Assembly (NCBI RefSeq): GCF_001194135.2
Contig: NC_068988.1
Location: 49,860,437-49,924,436, forward strand
Length of the DNA stretch: 64,000 bases
Reading direction: 5' to 3'
Source: Octopus bimaculoides
Taxonomy: Eukaryota
Shown here: positions 12,095-25,446 of the stretch, piece by piece
Numbering within the stretch: the stretch's first letter is position 1
Layout: the number at the start of each line of letters is the position of its first letter
Position numbers and translations under genes: made by a program
Notes under the pieces: model-generated
What the model was told of the DNA's origin: nothing
Database searches by the model: none
Seen by the model: the letters and a program-made list of their open reading frames with translations, nothing else

Positions 12095-12141
<47 letters not shown>

Positions 12142-12291
12142 CCCTGTCATATTTCACTGTTTGTTTCTCTTTTCCCTATGTACTTCTATCGTTCATTATT
12201 TTCTCTCTCTGATTCCGTTCCTCCGTGACATTATCTATGTCTCTAGCTCCTCCATCTGATTTTCCGTGATATTATCGTTCATTTCATGTTT

Positions 12292-12375
<84 letters not shown>

Positions 12376-12499
12376 CTCTCATTCTGTCACTTACAATCTC
12401 TCCATATATTATATTCCCTAATTTATTTCTCCTGTTCCTCTCTATTCCTGTCTTTTATTTCATTATGCTCTTATCTTTCTCTTGTTTTCTTATTTATCT

Positions 12500-12562
<63 letters not shown>
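12095..12562. repeat. (TATC)n and (CT)n microsatellites
   Basis: Direct inspection. Confidence 0.9.
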
Positions 12563-12563
<1 letters not shown>

Positions 12564-13002
12564 ACTTTTTCGCTTCTCTACCTCTTTGCACCTCTATTCT
12601 CTCTAGTCTTTATAGGTACACACATACTCATATAAATGCTAGTATATATTGTACTTACATATATACATACACATACATATAATACTTGCATATACATACA
12701 TAATAACGTTTTCCTCTTCGTCATTCCTTGTATCCACTTCTCTCCGTTACTATCTTGTGTTTCCTCAACCTCTTATCTCTCTATTACTTCATCTTTTACA
12801 CACACCCACACACACACACATCACCACCACCACACCGCACACACACACACTCCTTATTTCCTCCTTCTATTCCATACACTGTTGTAACTCTGTTGCATTC
12901 CATACTGCCACTGTTACCATCTCCCGTGCACCAAATATCCACTTTCTTACCTACCATGCAAGAAACTAAAATTCAAATAATATATATAGTAGAAATTTTA
13001 TT

Positions 13003-13190
13003 GCAGCCATAACTAATGGATATAATTAACTTATATGGTCATGCTATTATACTTTGAATGCAGCCATAACAAATAGATATAATTAATTTATATGGTGAAA
13101 TTATTAAACAGTAAATTCATCCATAGCTAATGGTTGTAATTAATTCTCTTATATGATAAAATTATTTCGTAAACTTTGAATGCAGCAATA
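13003..13190. repeat. 57-bp minisatellite, about 3.2 diverged units
   Basis: Units start gcagccataac at 13003 and 13060, tcatccatagc at about 13117 and gcagcaatagc at about 13182. Confidence 0.8.
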
Positions 13191-13213
13191 GCATAATATA
13201 TACATAATAATAT

Positions 13214-13285
<72 letters not shown>

Positions 13286-13405
13286 TAGATAAAGCTACAG
13301 GATATTAAAAACCATCACTACGTTTTTAAGAGATTGAAACATGATCTATCGCTTTTCTTCATATCCTACCAACATGGTCCCCTTCATAATTTTTGATGAA
13401 TATTA

Positions 13406-15440
13406 TACAATATACCTCGACTTAACGATCTAATTGGTTCTAAATGTCAAGTCGTTAAGTCGCGATTGTTAATTGAGAGAATAATTCACATTGAAGTAAT
13501 TTTACGTTCTCGTTGATGAGATTTGGTATCAGGATGCATAACCAAGCATTTAATACATCATTTATATGAAATAACTGTTTTATTATAATAATAATAAACA
13601 ATCAATTGGCTTGTTGGTTGCTTGGTGTTACCTTGCCGAAAGTTGTTGGTTCCGCTTGGTGTTGCTTGCTTTGCCGCTAGTTTTGAGTTGATCTCTCGAT
13701 GCTTGTTTGTTACTGATATTTGGTTCGTGAAAAGTGGCGAGCTGGCAATCGTTAGCACACTGGACGAAATGTTTAGCGGCATTTCGTCCGTCCTTATATT
13801 CTGAGCTCAAATGCTGCCGAGGCCGACTTTGCTTTTAATCCTTTCGGGGGTCGATAAAATAAGTACCAGTTGAACAATGAGATCGATGTAAACGGCTTAT
13901 CCACTCACTCGAAATTGCTGACCATGTACCAAAATTTGAAACCAATATTTCGTTCGGGTGAAGTAGGAATCACTTTGTGTCAAGAGTTCCTTGCTCCAGT
14001 GACCGTCATTTCTAGTCTCCATAATTCCCAATAGCAATTGTGACATTTATTCAGACCTGTAATTTGTCTACTTTGCTCAAAATTTTAATCTGAGAATTCG
14101 AAAATATAAAAAGCTATTTGAATATGCGAAAACTTCGTCAAAGAATTAACATGGTTTAGATCTCTTTAGCTTTTCTATTTTTTTTTTTTTTTCCCATTAA
14201 TTTCTTTCATTCCAATGAGGCCTTCGTTCGTGAGCTGTAGTTTCTATGACTGAAACAGATAATTTGTCATTCGTAGAAACCTCGAAAACGTAATCGATTA
14301 GCAATATCAATGATTGCTTCTGTTACGTTTTTTACAAAATCTATTGGTTCTTCCAATCCTTCAAAATTATTGATGAATTGAATGAAGAATTTGTTCCAAC
14401 CGTCTTCCATATCTTTCTCTGTAATTTATTCCCGGGTTCTTTAATATTGCTGCAGTACTGAGAACATTGATGATTTCCTGAATTCTTTTCATTTTGGGCT
14501 TGCTTCCTGATCAATAGTATTTATTAACTGATCAAATATGAGCCGAAGATAATATACTTTAAATACTGGAAAGACACATTCGTCCAAGGGTTGTAAATGT
14601 TATGTTGCATTTTACAACATATCTAACAATTGTGTATGAGCAACACATGAAATGGAATCAGATGCAAAGTGATGTGAAGACTTATCTTCATTCAGGAAGT
14701 GGTAGCTCATGCATTTTTATTTACTTTCTAAGGGGAAGTGTAGCTGCTATAAAGCTTGAAAGTGTCTTTTGATTTTCGATATAGAAGTACAAGCACGGGT
14801 ACTCTTCGAATGAAATTTTAAATTGCATTACAATCAAACAATGTTAACTGATCTTTAAAACCTGGCTTCAATGATGTTTTTTTATTTTTGTTTTTTTTTA
14901 TTTGTTTGTTTCTTTTTTGCAATAGGGCTTGTTTGCATGCGCTTCCCAAAAAAGGTATTACTTCTTCAGCGTTAACAATTCGTGGGCGTGTGCCAGGCAC
15001 TCCTATTTTCTTCTTCCACTTTTACATTATACCAACCAGCTTTCTTTTATATCTACAAAATCAGAATTACTTGCAGTCGATGTTTCTTCGCAGTTGCCTT
15101 CTATTTTTAAGTATCTCATTAGATAAGGATTTAACTCAAATAACAGCTTACTTACATAATAATTATGTTGCATTTAATCAGTTCTAAATGTTGATAGCGC
15201 AAAGAATAAGCCTAACCATTCCTTTATCACATATTCCCGTAGATTACAAGGACTTCGCACTTTCAGTTTTATTCATATATTTCTCTTTATCAATAAAGAA
15301 AACTTTGGAGCTAAATCTTTAAGAGCCCATTTTTTTTTCAGTTGTTTTGTTTATTTATGATCACGTATTTCCTTCCAAATATATACTGTATTCTATCTCT
15401 TTACACCATCCGGTCATTTTGTCATATAGGAAAAATTGTA
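13406..15440 (-). mobile_element. Decayed Tigger/pogo-type DNA transposon with near-full-length transposase fossil (about 13990-15420)
   Basis: Minus-strand remnants in order: TASNSDF, YNVKVEEENRSA, KPGFKDQLTLFDCNA, PFHVLLIHN, HLQPLDECVFPVFKVYYLR, GWNKFFIQFINNFEG, LTNEGLI, FEFSD*NFEQS..CYWELW. A Tigger-like end TA|caatatacctcgacttaacga lies at 13406. Confidence 0.85.
13731..13948 (+). mobile_element. SINE group A (A3 tail) inserted in the Tigger fossil
   Basis: Head gtggcgagctggcaatcgttagc; core cctttcgggggtcgataaaataagtaccag; tail caaaatttgaaaccaat. Confidence 0.9.
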
Positions 15441-15663
15441 AACCCACATTGCACGAACGACAACTCGTAATCTAGCTAAATGGCTGAATAAACGGATAAA
15501 CATTTACTGCAAATATTACTGATATAGATTGGAGTTAAAGAACTTCAGGAGTAATCTCTACGAATGCTCAGAATTTATTTTTACATAATTAGCATTTAAA
15601 TTCTTTTCCTTTTAAATTTAAAGCAATATCGCTAAAGCAAAGGGTCATTTAATTAGCTATCGA

Positions 15664-15990
15664 TAAGTGGAATATTATTGAATAGGTAAAGGGTAAAGGC
15701 CCCCTTTGGTCATGAATGGCCATGGGGTTGCCCCTAGAAAGTTCCCCTCCCAGGAACAAGTCCGAGCAAGATTGTTTATGGGTGACTAGCAGTCGCCCAT
15801 GCATACAAGCTTCCACCCTCTCCACGCCACCAATTTTATCCAAGGGAAAGGCAAAGGCCGGTACAGCTTGACACCAATGACGTCGCGATTCATTTCTACA
15901 ACTGAGTGAATTGTAGCAATGGGAAATAAATTCGGGAATCGAACTCACTACCTTGTGGTTGTGAGCCCGACGCCCTAACCATCGAGGCAA
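15664..15990 (-). mobile_element. tRNA-derived SINE with B2-like head and distinct tail ending (TTTACC)2
   Basis: Sense head gatggttagggcgtcgggctcacaaccacaaggtagtgagttcgattcccg; cactcagttg core; tail catgaccaaagggggcctttaccctttacc. Confidence 0.8.
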
Positions 15991-16698
15991 GAGCAGTCTA
16001 AGAAATGTGTAAGGACTACTGTTTAATGGTGTACATTTAAAATGCTCCAATATTGTCCAAAATACAAAGGATTGAAGTTGTATTATAGTCATTGTTCTAT
16101 GCATTCTTAAAACAGCTGATGTTGATAGTCAGAACTCGCGTTTTCTAAACATATTTCATTCTTTTAACACAGAAAGATAGATGGCTGATGAAAAAACCCT
16201 GATTTGATGTAGAGTGACGGATAACCAATATTAGTAGCTCTGCTCATAATGATAACAGTATAACCTTTTTCTGAATACTAACTCATTAAATTACAATATA
16301 TTTTCAACAGCATCTAATTATATTATTATCAGAATCTCAGTCGCAACATTGACATTGCATCAACGACTAGAGTAACAATGATATTGATTTAAAACTTTGA
16401 CAGACGGACAGATTTCCTGTCAATTAAAATGACCTCAGTGTGTTACAAACAGTTGTTTTATCGACCCCAATAACATGAATATAAAGTTAACCTTGACTAG
16501 GTATAAAATCAGGACTTATAGACACGTAATTTAAAAATTGCATGTCATTTAATTATACACGCTGTATACAAAAACAATAACAATAATATTACATGAACAG
16601 TGTTATAAAACTACTGCCACACAAATAACGATATTACGCTACACACTTATTTAGAAACTACTAGCTTCGTGCATACAAGCGCATGCACACATATAGGT

Positions 16699-16729
<31 letters not shown>

Positions 16730-16873
16730 TAGCATAAACATCAAAAACTTTATAATAGCAATGCAATGCACATCAACAAAGTCTTAGACAAGCTATATAA
16801 AATACAGCAGCCCTAATCAAAAAACTAAAACGAGAAGCATTACACGACAATTACTGCAATAAGAGTTGCTGCA

Positions 16874-16937
16874 ACTACTACTACTACTACCACTACCACT
16901 ACCACCACCACTACTATCTCTGCTGCTGTAGTTGATG

Positions 16938-16979
<42 letters not shown>

Positions 16980-17118
16980 GTTTCAAATTTTGGTACAAGG
17001 CCAGCAATTTCGGGTCAGGTATAAGTCGATAACATGGACCCCAGTGCACAACTAGTACTTATTTTATTGAATAAGGATAATAATAATAATAATAATAGAA
17101 ATAGTAATAGTAATAACA

Positions 17119-17157
<39 letters not shown>

Positions 17158-17185
17158 GTAATAATAATAATACTAATAATAATGT
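16874..17185. repeat. (ACT)n/(AAT)n microsatellites around a SINE A 3' fragment (16977-17075, minus)
   Basis: tggtttcaaattttggtacaaggccagcaatttc is the A3 tail in reverse. Confidence 0.85.
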
Positions 17186-17629
17186 TGCCACTACTACTGC
17201 AAGCCATAAACAATAACGGCAATCACAATCACTTATTGACAATATGACTTGTGGAACTTCATCTTGCAGAAAGAAATAAACGGACCAAAATTCTAGTCTC
17301 AGAACAAACCTGCTGTGCTTCACGATGCATCAGAGAAATCTCATTCCTGAAGTGAAACAAACAACGTTTCATTTCTTCAATTGCTGTTAATGTAGCAATT
17401 CCTCAAGAGCCGTCTTTTTATCTTTTATTTCGCAGGAAACCTTGGGCAAGGTCAGTCAATCCGGTAGCATTCACTTAAACAATAAAATCTATATAAAACT
17501 TGCTTGCTAGTTACTTCCACAAGCAATTTTTCATTGGAGTGTGCGAGTCAGTTTTAGAAGAATATAGAAAAACATGTTTCCCCTCATCTCGTTGCCGATC
17601 AGACAAGAATTGTTGTTCAATTTGTTTTA

Positions 17630-17683
17630 AAATGTATGTATGTATGTTTGTGTGTGTCTCTATGTATATGCATATATGTATTG

Positions 17684-17777
<94 letters not shown>

Positions 17778-18164
17778 GTATACATTTGGATGTGTGTATA
17801 TATATATTAATATATGCATACATATATATACATTTGAATGAGTGTATATATTTATATATATATATATACATACGCACATGTATTTATATTTGCATATAGT
17901 ATGCGCGAATGTGTGAGTGTAAGTATGTATATATATGTGTGTGTGTGTGTATGTGTATGTACATATGTATATTTACATTTACATATATGCATACATAGAT
18001 AGATACATATATGTCACACATACATGTGTTATATGCGCATGTGCGTATATATAAATATATATATATACACATAAAATAAGTACAAGTACATACATATATG
18101 TACGTATATATGCATGTATATGTGTGTGTGTATAGATATACATACGCGCGCACACACTTACACA

Positions 18165-18227
<63 letters not shown>

Positions 18228-18230
18228 TAA
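17630..18230. repeat. Compound (TA)n/(TG)n/(CA)n microsatellite region
   Basis: Direct inspection. Confidence 0.93.
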
Positions 18231-18923
18231 ACGAGAAGTAAAAAAGGAAAGAAAACCAATCATCAAATGTTTTTGAGACTATTTGTGTGTAAGTACGAGT
18301 ACGTGGTTATTTTTGTTATTTTCTTTCAATGTTTTTATATCAATCTTCTAGAGATATTTTATATCAATTTGTCTTGAAAGTTTTGCAACTTGAACTAGCA
18401 TTGCTTTGCTTACATCGAAGAAGAATCGAAAAAATATTTTCAATATTTTCTGTTTCTTTTTTTTTATTATTTTTTTTCTTTGCTTTTGATTTCTAACAAA
18501 AGTTTGTTCCAAGATCTTTGATCCAAAATATATGGCATTAAATCATTCATGCGTGACATTTTCTTTTCACAATGTTAAACATAAGTTCAAAAATATGTGA
18601 CATATGTTCAAAGACGTGTCATGCTACAGAGACAATAATACGTGGCCTGTAGTACCATAATTTATTTGTCTGATGATCTCCAAGCACGCATAACAGATTA
18701 GAACTAATCATGGCTGAATAAGATTAACATTGGTGCCTTTAACAGACCATGTACGACTAGGTCACAGCTGCCATATTTCATTATAAGATTATATTCCTAG
18801 ATTTCTGATACTTTTACGAGAATGGCTTGCAGTGATCAATTTGTTCGCCTCATCTTCAATGTATACATCTGCCTTTGTTTCGATGTGTATATATTTCTCG
18901 ATTGTCTTCATCTAGCTGTATCC

Positions 18924-18961
<38 letters not shown>

Positions 18962-19609
18962 NNNNNNNNNNNNNNNNNNNNNNNNNNNNNNNNNNNNNNN
19001 NNNNNNNNNNNNNNNNNNNNNNNNNNNNNNNNNNNNNNNNNNNNNNNNNNNNNNNNNNNNNNNNNNNNNNNNNNNNNNNNNNNNNNNNNNNNNNNNNNNN
19101 NNNNNNNNNNNNNNNNNNNNNNNNNNNNNNNNNNNNNNNNNNNNNNNNNNNNNNNNNNNNNNNNNNNNNNNNNNNNNNNNNNNNNNNNNNNNNNNNNNNN
19201 NNNNNNNNNNNNNNNNNNNNNNNNNNNNNNNNNNNNNNNNNNNNNNNNNNNNNNNNNNNNNNNNNNNNNNNNNNNNNNNNNNNNNNNNNNNNNNNNNNNN
19301 NNNNNNNNNNNNNNNNNNNNNNNNNNNNNNNNNNNNNNNNNNNNNNNNNNNNNNNNNNNNNNNNNNNNNNNNNNNNNNNNNNNNNNNNNNNNNNNNNNNN
19401 NNNNNNNNNNNNNNNNNNNNNNNNNNNNNNNNNNNNNNNNNNNNNNNNNNNNNNNNNNNNNNNNNNNNNNNNNNNNNNNNNNNNNNNNNNNNNNNNNNNN
19501 NNNTATATATATATATATCAATGGAAGAAAAATGCAATAGAGGACAATAAACATTCGGACAGATAGACGATACAAGCAAAAAAAAAGACAGGTCATTCGT
19601 GGCATTTTT

Positions 19610-20117
19610 TCCTTAGACAAGTCCCAGAAGTCACGACCGTTTCGGACAGTTACACTTGAGACGGTTCGATCTGGCTGCCCCAAAAAAAGTCTGACTCCGA
19701 GGAACAAATTCTCGATACGCAATACCGCGGGTGTCGAAAAAAACGATCAGCATGCTCTTGGTTGAGTTGCGGCTTTGTTGTACACCCGTTCCACTCGAAA
19801 CATTACGTACGACTCATCGCCTCGACGTCGTAAGCGTGACGAAGAATTCTCAATGTCTCTGTAGCAGAGCTCCCAAGCTTAACACAAAATTTCCCGTTGG
19901 CTCTTTATTCCACTTTTCTGTCCATGACAAAAATCGCAGACTACAGCATACACGTGATCACAAAAACACCAATTTCACAACTTGTGAAGTAAATACAGCG
20001 ATGTAACTGGACACACTGCCTCATGCAGTCCACTGCTAGCTCTCACTGCGCACGCAACCGTATGCTGCCATATCTTGGCAGAACTAACCCGGGAACTTTT
20101 TAATACCACTTCATGTA
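19610..20117 (-). mobile_element. Internally deleted mariner (DD34D-type) element
   Basis: ATG at 19925 gives MDRKVE*RANGKFCVKLGSSATETLRILRHAYDVEAMSRT*CFEW, then jumps to TKSMLIVFFDTRGIAYREFVPRSQT. The 5' end reads TA|catgaagtggtattaaaaagttcccgg; the other TIR is poorly preserved. Confidence 0.88.
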
Positions 20118-20214
20118 TATATATAATTATATGAGTATATGCATGGTAATATATATGTACATGTACAAATATGCATGTGTGGGTGCGTATGTGAGTGAAT
20201 TTGGGAAGTGATAA

Positions 20215-21050
20215 TCCCCTCGAAATCAGCTTTGTATTTCATACATTCCAAATCGATTCTTCATGTCGAGACTTCATGTCTCTCTTGCAGACATCTTTGA
20301 AGCGAAGATGGGGGTCATCCTTCCCTTGCATGTGTCTAATTCACCACGGAGCAGATCCTCCTGTCTGACGTGCGGTGTACATGACCCAAACAACGATAGG
20401 GTTACTGTCGTAGTAGGGGAGGAGGCTAAATATTTGTGCGTGAGCCAGGACCTAATTGCTGTGTTGATTATTCGGTCAGTCTACTTGTGTCTCAGACTGT
20501 GTAGGTGAAGAGCATTTAGACACTGCACGCTATTATCTGGAGTAAATACTCTAGGTTTCACTGCTGTATAGAGTTTGGTGTTGAGGATGCAAGTCCTGTA
20601 GAGTACAGTCATGCTCCTTGCCGTTAGCTTACAGTTTTCCCAAGCCTAATTGGTTTTGAAGCTGTTCCTCCGATGTCTTTTGATTTCAGACTCTGGAGTG
20701 AGGTTACCTTTGACAGTGGAGCTCTCGTGAATCGCTTCCAGTTTGCAGTTGTTGTTGGTGATGACAAGAGAATTCTCAAGACCTTGGCCTATTACTTTTA
20801 TATTCTCCACACTGACATTCAAAGCGCATCATCTGTAAATGGCACGGTCTTAATGGGTGCTTTTGGTTTCGCCCTTAATTTATACAGACTGGGCAGTTTC
20901 CCGTCTGATTTTGTATGACGGTAAACACTGTCAGTCGATGTTCCTAAGGCGTGTTTCAGCTTGGCATAAAACAAGATACCCAATAGGTTGATGGCAAGTA
21001 CATACTTCTGTTTCACTCCTCTGTGGACACTGAATGGGAGTAAATTCATA
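20215..21050 (-). mobile_element. Decayed RTE-clade (BovB-like) LINE, RT domain to C-terminus
   Basis: FSVHRGVKQKYVLA..KSDGKLPSLYKLRAKPK..PFTDDAL, then LGHVHR, LLRGEL and HLRFKDVCKRDMK. Confidence 0.9.
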
Positions 21051-21105
21051 ATGCTGTATATATAGTGTATACACGTGCACACACATGAACATATATGTAT
21101 GTATG

Positions 21106-21136
<31 letters not shown>

Positions 21137-21709
21137 TGTTGGTTGGAATAAAATAACTTAAATGTTATCTAAGATAGTTTAACTTTCTGTGTACTACATA
21201 TATCGTTTTATTTTGAGTATTTTATTGTATTTTTTATTAGAAGTTTCTGTAGATATTTTATATCTTCAGTCTTCAACGAATTGGAATTTAAATATTAGTT
21301 TGTTTACACCGAAGAAGAATTGAAAGCGTAAAAAAAAAAGAAAAATCATTTCTTCAATGTTATATTTATTCCTTTGATCTCTATTTCCGAAGTTAGTAAT
21401 TTCAAGAATAGGTAGTATTGATCAAACTGTTATCCTAATTTTCTGTTAATTACACCTGCTACACGCATCTAAAATAATAACTTTTGCTCTCTGAGACACT
21501 ACAAACATCTGACCAATCGCATCGTTCTATTGCTGTGCCACACTCACTTCTAACGCATTTTAGTGGTTTGTGCTCCTTTGATCATAGTCAGCTCGTCTGT
21601 GTTTAACACCTCGAAACTCATAGTAGACTCTTCGTTGAACCTCTTCCACTCAGAAAATGCGACGCAATTGAATTTCCATCGCCGTCTGTTTTTCTTATAT
21701 AAATAATGG

Positions 21710-21992
21710 TTGGTTGGTTGGTTGGTAGGTAGGTAGGTAGGTAGGTAGATAGATAAATAGATAGATAGATAAATAGATAGATAGGTAGGTAGGTAGGTAG
21801 GTAGATGCACGTACACAGAAATACACACACACTCATATGTGTGTGTTCGCGCGCGTGGGCCTGTGTGCAGGTTTGGTAACGCAAACAGGAAAATAGAACT
21901 TAAGACATGCGTATATATGGATATATTCTATTAATAATCGGCAAACGTTACACACACACACACACACATACACACACATATGTGCATGTATG

Positions 21993-22054
<62 letters not shown>

Positions 22055-22100
22055 CGTGTATGCATGCATTCATAGATGTATGTATGTATGTATGTATGCT
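21710..22100. repeat. (GTTG)n/(GTAG)n/(ATAG)n and (CA)/(TG) microsatellites
   Basis: Direct inspection. Confidence 0.9.
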
Positions 22101-22943
22101 CGAATCACACAGAGAAACAGCTTCCAAAAACTATGTATCTATATTATAAATGTCTATCTATATAATAAACGTGTAGTTGTTCGTGCATATTTACTATGTC
22201 TGTATGACGAGTAACTTTGCGTAAAGCCTGCTTGGTGTAACATTACAGGATAATTTAGTCTCTATTTTCAGAAACAAGTTAGACTACTTTTTAAAAGGTT
22301 CAGTTCAAGTCGAACATATTTTCCTTCCTTCATTGTATATTTCGTTCTTTCAGACTTGAACCAGAGTAAAGTTTACCCAACATACAGAATATTGTACAAG
22401 CGCAGGTCTGAAATTCATAACTTCCTTCTACTAATCCCTTGTATTCCCTTGGGAGGGGAGCAACTTTATTTTAGGACAGTTAGTCATTTATTTACTCTCT
22501 TCTCTCCAAGATTAATTGCTATGGCAGAGATTAATCTGGATTCCATGTTCTTGTTTTTAACATTATCTACAGTCATGTGAACATATGATACTATATTTGA
22601 ACGCGTATGGCTCATCAATATTTCAGATTTAGCTTCGGTTAAAAAAGGGGTTCATAGATGAAATGGGATGCCATTTGAATTCTTTGAGACCCTAGAAAGT
22701 TTGCGAGAAGAATGGCTTCTGTCAGTTAACTTTAGTTGACAATAAATAGACGGAGTAGTGTAGTAATTTATGGGATATGGTGAAACCGTTACGCTATACA
22801 CAAATAGTTCCATCTTGGATGGATGGATGGTGAACAAAAGAACAAGGAAATAACACAAAATGAGAGGGAAATAGAATTTAAAACCAACAAATACACACAT
22901 ATGTATGTGTATGCGTGTATTTGAGTTTGTACTGCCCAGTCAT

Positions 22944-22995
<52 letters not shown>

Positions 22996-24234
22996 AAGTA
23001 TATGCATGTTTATTGAGTATATTTAAAATATATATATCTTTTACAATTTTTTATTAATTTTAACATATTTTTCGCTTAGTCTTTTTTAAAATTTAATTGC
23101 CAGTTCCGCAGAGGGACTGTTCTTTTATTTTACAAGCAACAGCTGTGTTATTTTCAGTTATGATAAACACCAGACACAAGCAGTTACTATAAAATAGCAT
23201 CAGAGCATTAGCTACTTCTACACAACTAATCAACTATAAATATACAATAGACTAACACGCTACACTAATGTTCACAGCAATGAAATATTTATGTATATAT
23301 ATACTAATAATGTTTTAGTCTGCCTGCACTTAACTGTTGCATATAATTGATGATAGCATCATAAGAGTCTGTAATACAGACAGCCTATACAATAAAGACC
23401 AGTGCTTTAAAAGCTAGAAAGCAGTACCCTGTAGACATAACTATTATCCCAGATGTAATAACTTATGCTACAATCAGATACTTTCAGTTATGCATAATTC
23501 TCACCAATTGTAACTGATAGAGAGCAATTACTAAGAGATTGTGCGTGGGTAATCTGTGCATTTATCTTTGTGTGTATGTATGGATACATACGCACACGCG
23601 TGTACAAACGCCAGAGGCAAACATCGGATGAAGTGAATATCTTTAATAGTTTCGATTCTCAGTCGGAGCAATCTCGCTTCACTAATCTCTGAGGGATATA
23701 TTTGGGATATAACATAGAAAGGCGAAGAAAATGATATTAGTTTTCTCTCAAAAATTCGTGCTGCCAATATACAACCGCAACTAATTGCCTAATAGTATCA
23801 TAAATTTGAGAATCGTTCTTCCGAGTTGCAATGGATTGATTGTATCAACAATAATATCTTATATGTTTCGTGTTAGATTTAGAAAGTTGGAAACGGAAGA
23901 ACGTCGATGTTAGATTCTCCAGCTAGCTAATTCAATCCTATAACAAACTTCTATTCTGACGCTTAAAGCCTTTACAGTCTTACCTTCGGTTAGCTTTTAA
24001 CTAAAACCATAACACACATAACCATCCAACTTATTACGACCACCACTTATTTGCTCTACTGCTTGATAATTTGGACAGGTGAATATTGTGCCCTGTCCGT
24101 CATAAGTTATTGCACCAGTGAGAAGTAAGGCCTCATTAATCTTCAGTAAAAAGAAAGTTCTCACCCATGTGTAGAAGCTCACTGCAACTTCCATTGTTGA
24201 AACACAGTATCACTGAAGTAATATAGACAATAAC

Positions 24235-24424
24235 TAGCGGTATTTCGTCTGCTGTCACGTTCTGAGTTCAAATTCCACCGAAGTCAACTTTGCTTTTCAT
24301 CCTTTCGGGGTCGATTAAATAAGTACCAGTTACGCAATGGGGTCGATGTAATCGACTTAATCCCTTTGTCTCTCCTTGTTTGTCCCCTCTATGTTTAGCC
24401 CCCTCTGGGCAATAAAGAAATAAA
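24235..24424 (+). mobile_element. 5'-truncated SINE group A (A1 tail)
   Basis: B box gagttcaaattcc, core, and A1 tail gggcaataaagaaataa. Confidence 0.93.
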
Positions 24425-24835
24425 ATATAGAAAATAACTGTGGTAACAGATTTGGAATTCTTTCCTTTACAATAAAGTGATGAGAGTTCGGTTCGATGCT
24501 AAAGTTTAGTTTGTCGTTGAATATATAGTCATGTATATTTAACAGGCAGATGCAAAGGATAACTTAAGGTCAGATAATGTTTATGCCCATCTTATTAGCG
24601 AAATGGCTTCAATCAGGCTACTAGAATTTAGTGGTCTCCATAAGTCTTACAATCTGCAATATCGGTAAAATATGACATTTGTGTACAATTGGCAATTATA
24701 CCAGATTCAGTTATGTTTAGCACTGTTTAACACTGAAAAATTAATGTCAGAATTCTCAGGCTGGCGGGGTACGAAACAACTAAGAAGTAGGCAGTTTGCG
24801 CTCTTCCTCATGCTCGAGACCAAGATAAACTGTCG

Positions 24836-25061
24836 AAGGCAGCAAGCTGGCAGAATTGTTTCCACGCCAAGAGAAAATGCTAAGTGGCATTTTGTCCATC
24901 TTATGATCTGAGATCAAATTCCGCTGAGGCTGACTTTACCTTTTCTAGTTTCGGGGTCGATAAAATAATTACCAGTTGAGTACTAGGGTCGGTGTGACCG
25001 ATTTAACTTAACACATCCCCTAAAATTGCTGGCTTTGTGCCAAAAGAATTGAAACCAATAT
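24836..25061 (+). mobile_element. SINE group A (A3 tail), diverged
   Basis: Head aaggcagcaagctggcagaa; core ttcggggtcgataaaataattaccag. Confidence 0.85.
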
Positions 25062-25224
25062 TTAAACGGTCGACTACACCCGGGGGCTCGGAATGTAATG
25101 TAAATAAGAGAGAGAAAAAAACGGTAGAACCTTATATTTTCAAATTTATCGTTTACTTATCCGAAAAGGTTCTCATAAAAGGAAATATTTTCGAAAAGAT
25201 TTTACTTTAAAAAATAAGCCCTTG

Positions 25225-25378
25225 ATGCAGACGTGACCGTGTAGTTGAGACGATTGTTCCCCACCATGGGATTTTGAGAGACCACGGTGAGACACCTTGA
25301 GCATGTGTCTTCCACTGTAGCCTCAGGTGTATTTTGTAGGCGGAACCAAGAAAAAACGCAGCGTATGTGTGTGTGTGT

Positions 25379-25446
<68 letters not shown>

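Noticed and set aside
21300-21332. ccgaagaagaattgaaagcg hammerhead-like string (similar weak cases near 46095-46120 and 41165-41215)
   Set aside because: No helix II can form.
22354-22405. Possible 52-nt exon after a strong acceptor (ttcgttctttcag)
   Set aside because: The donor is weak (gtctga), the peptide is unrecognisable, and no partner exons were found.
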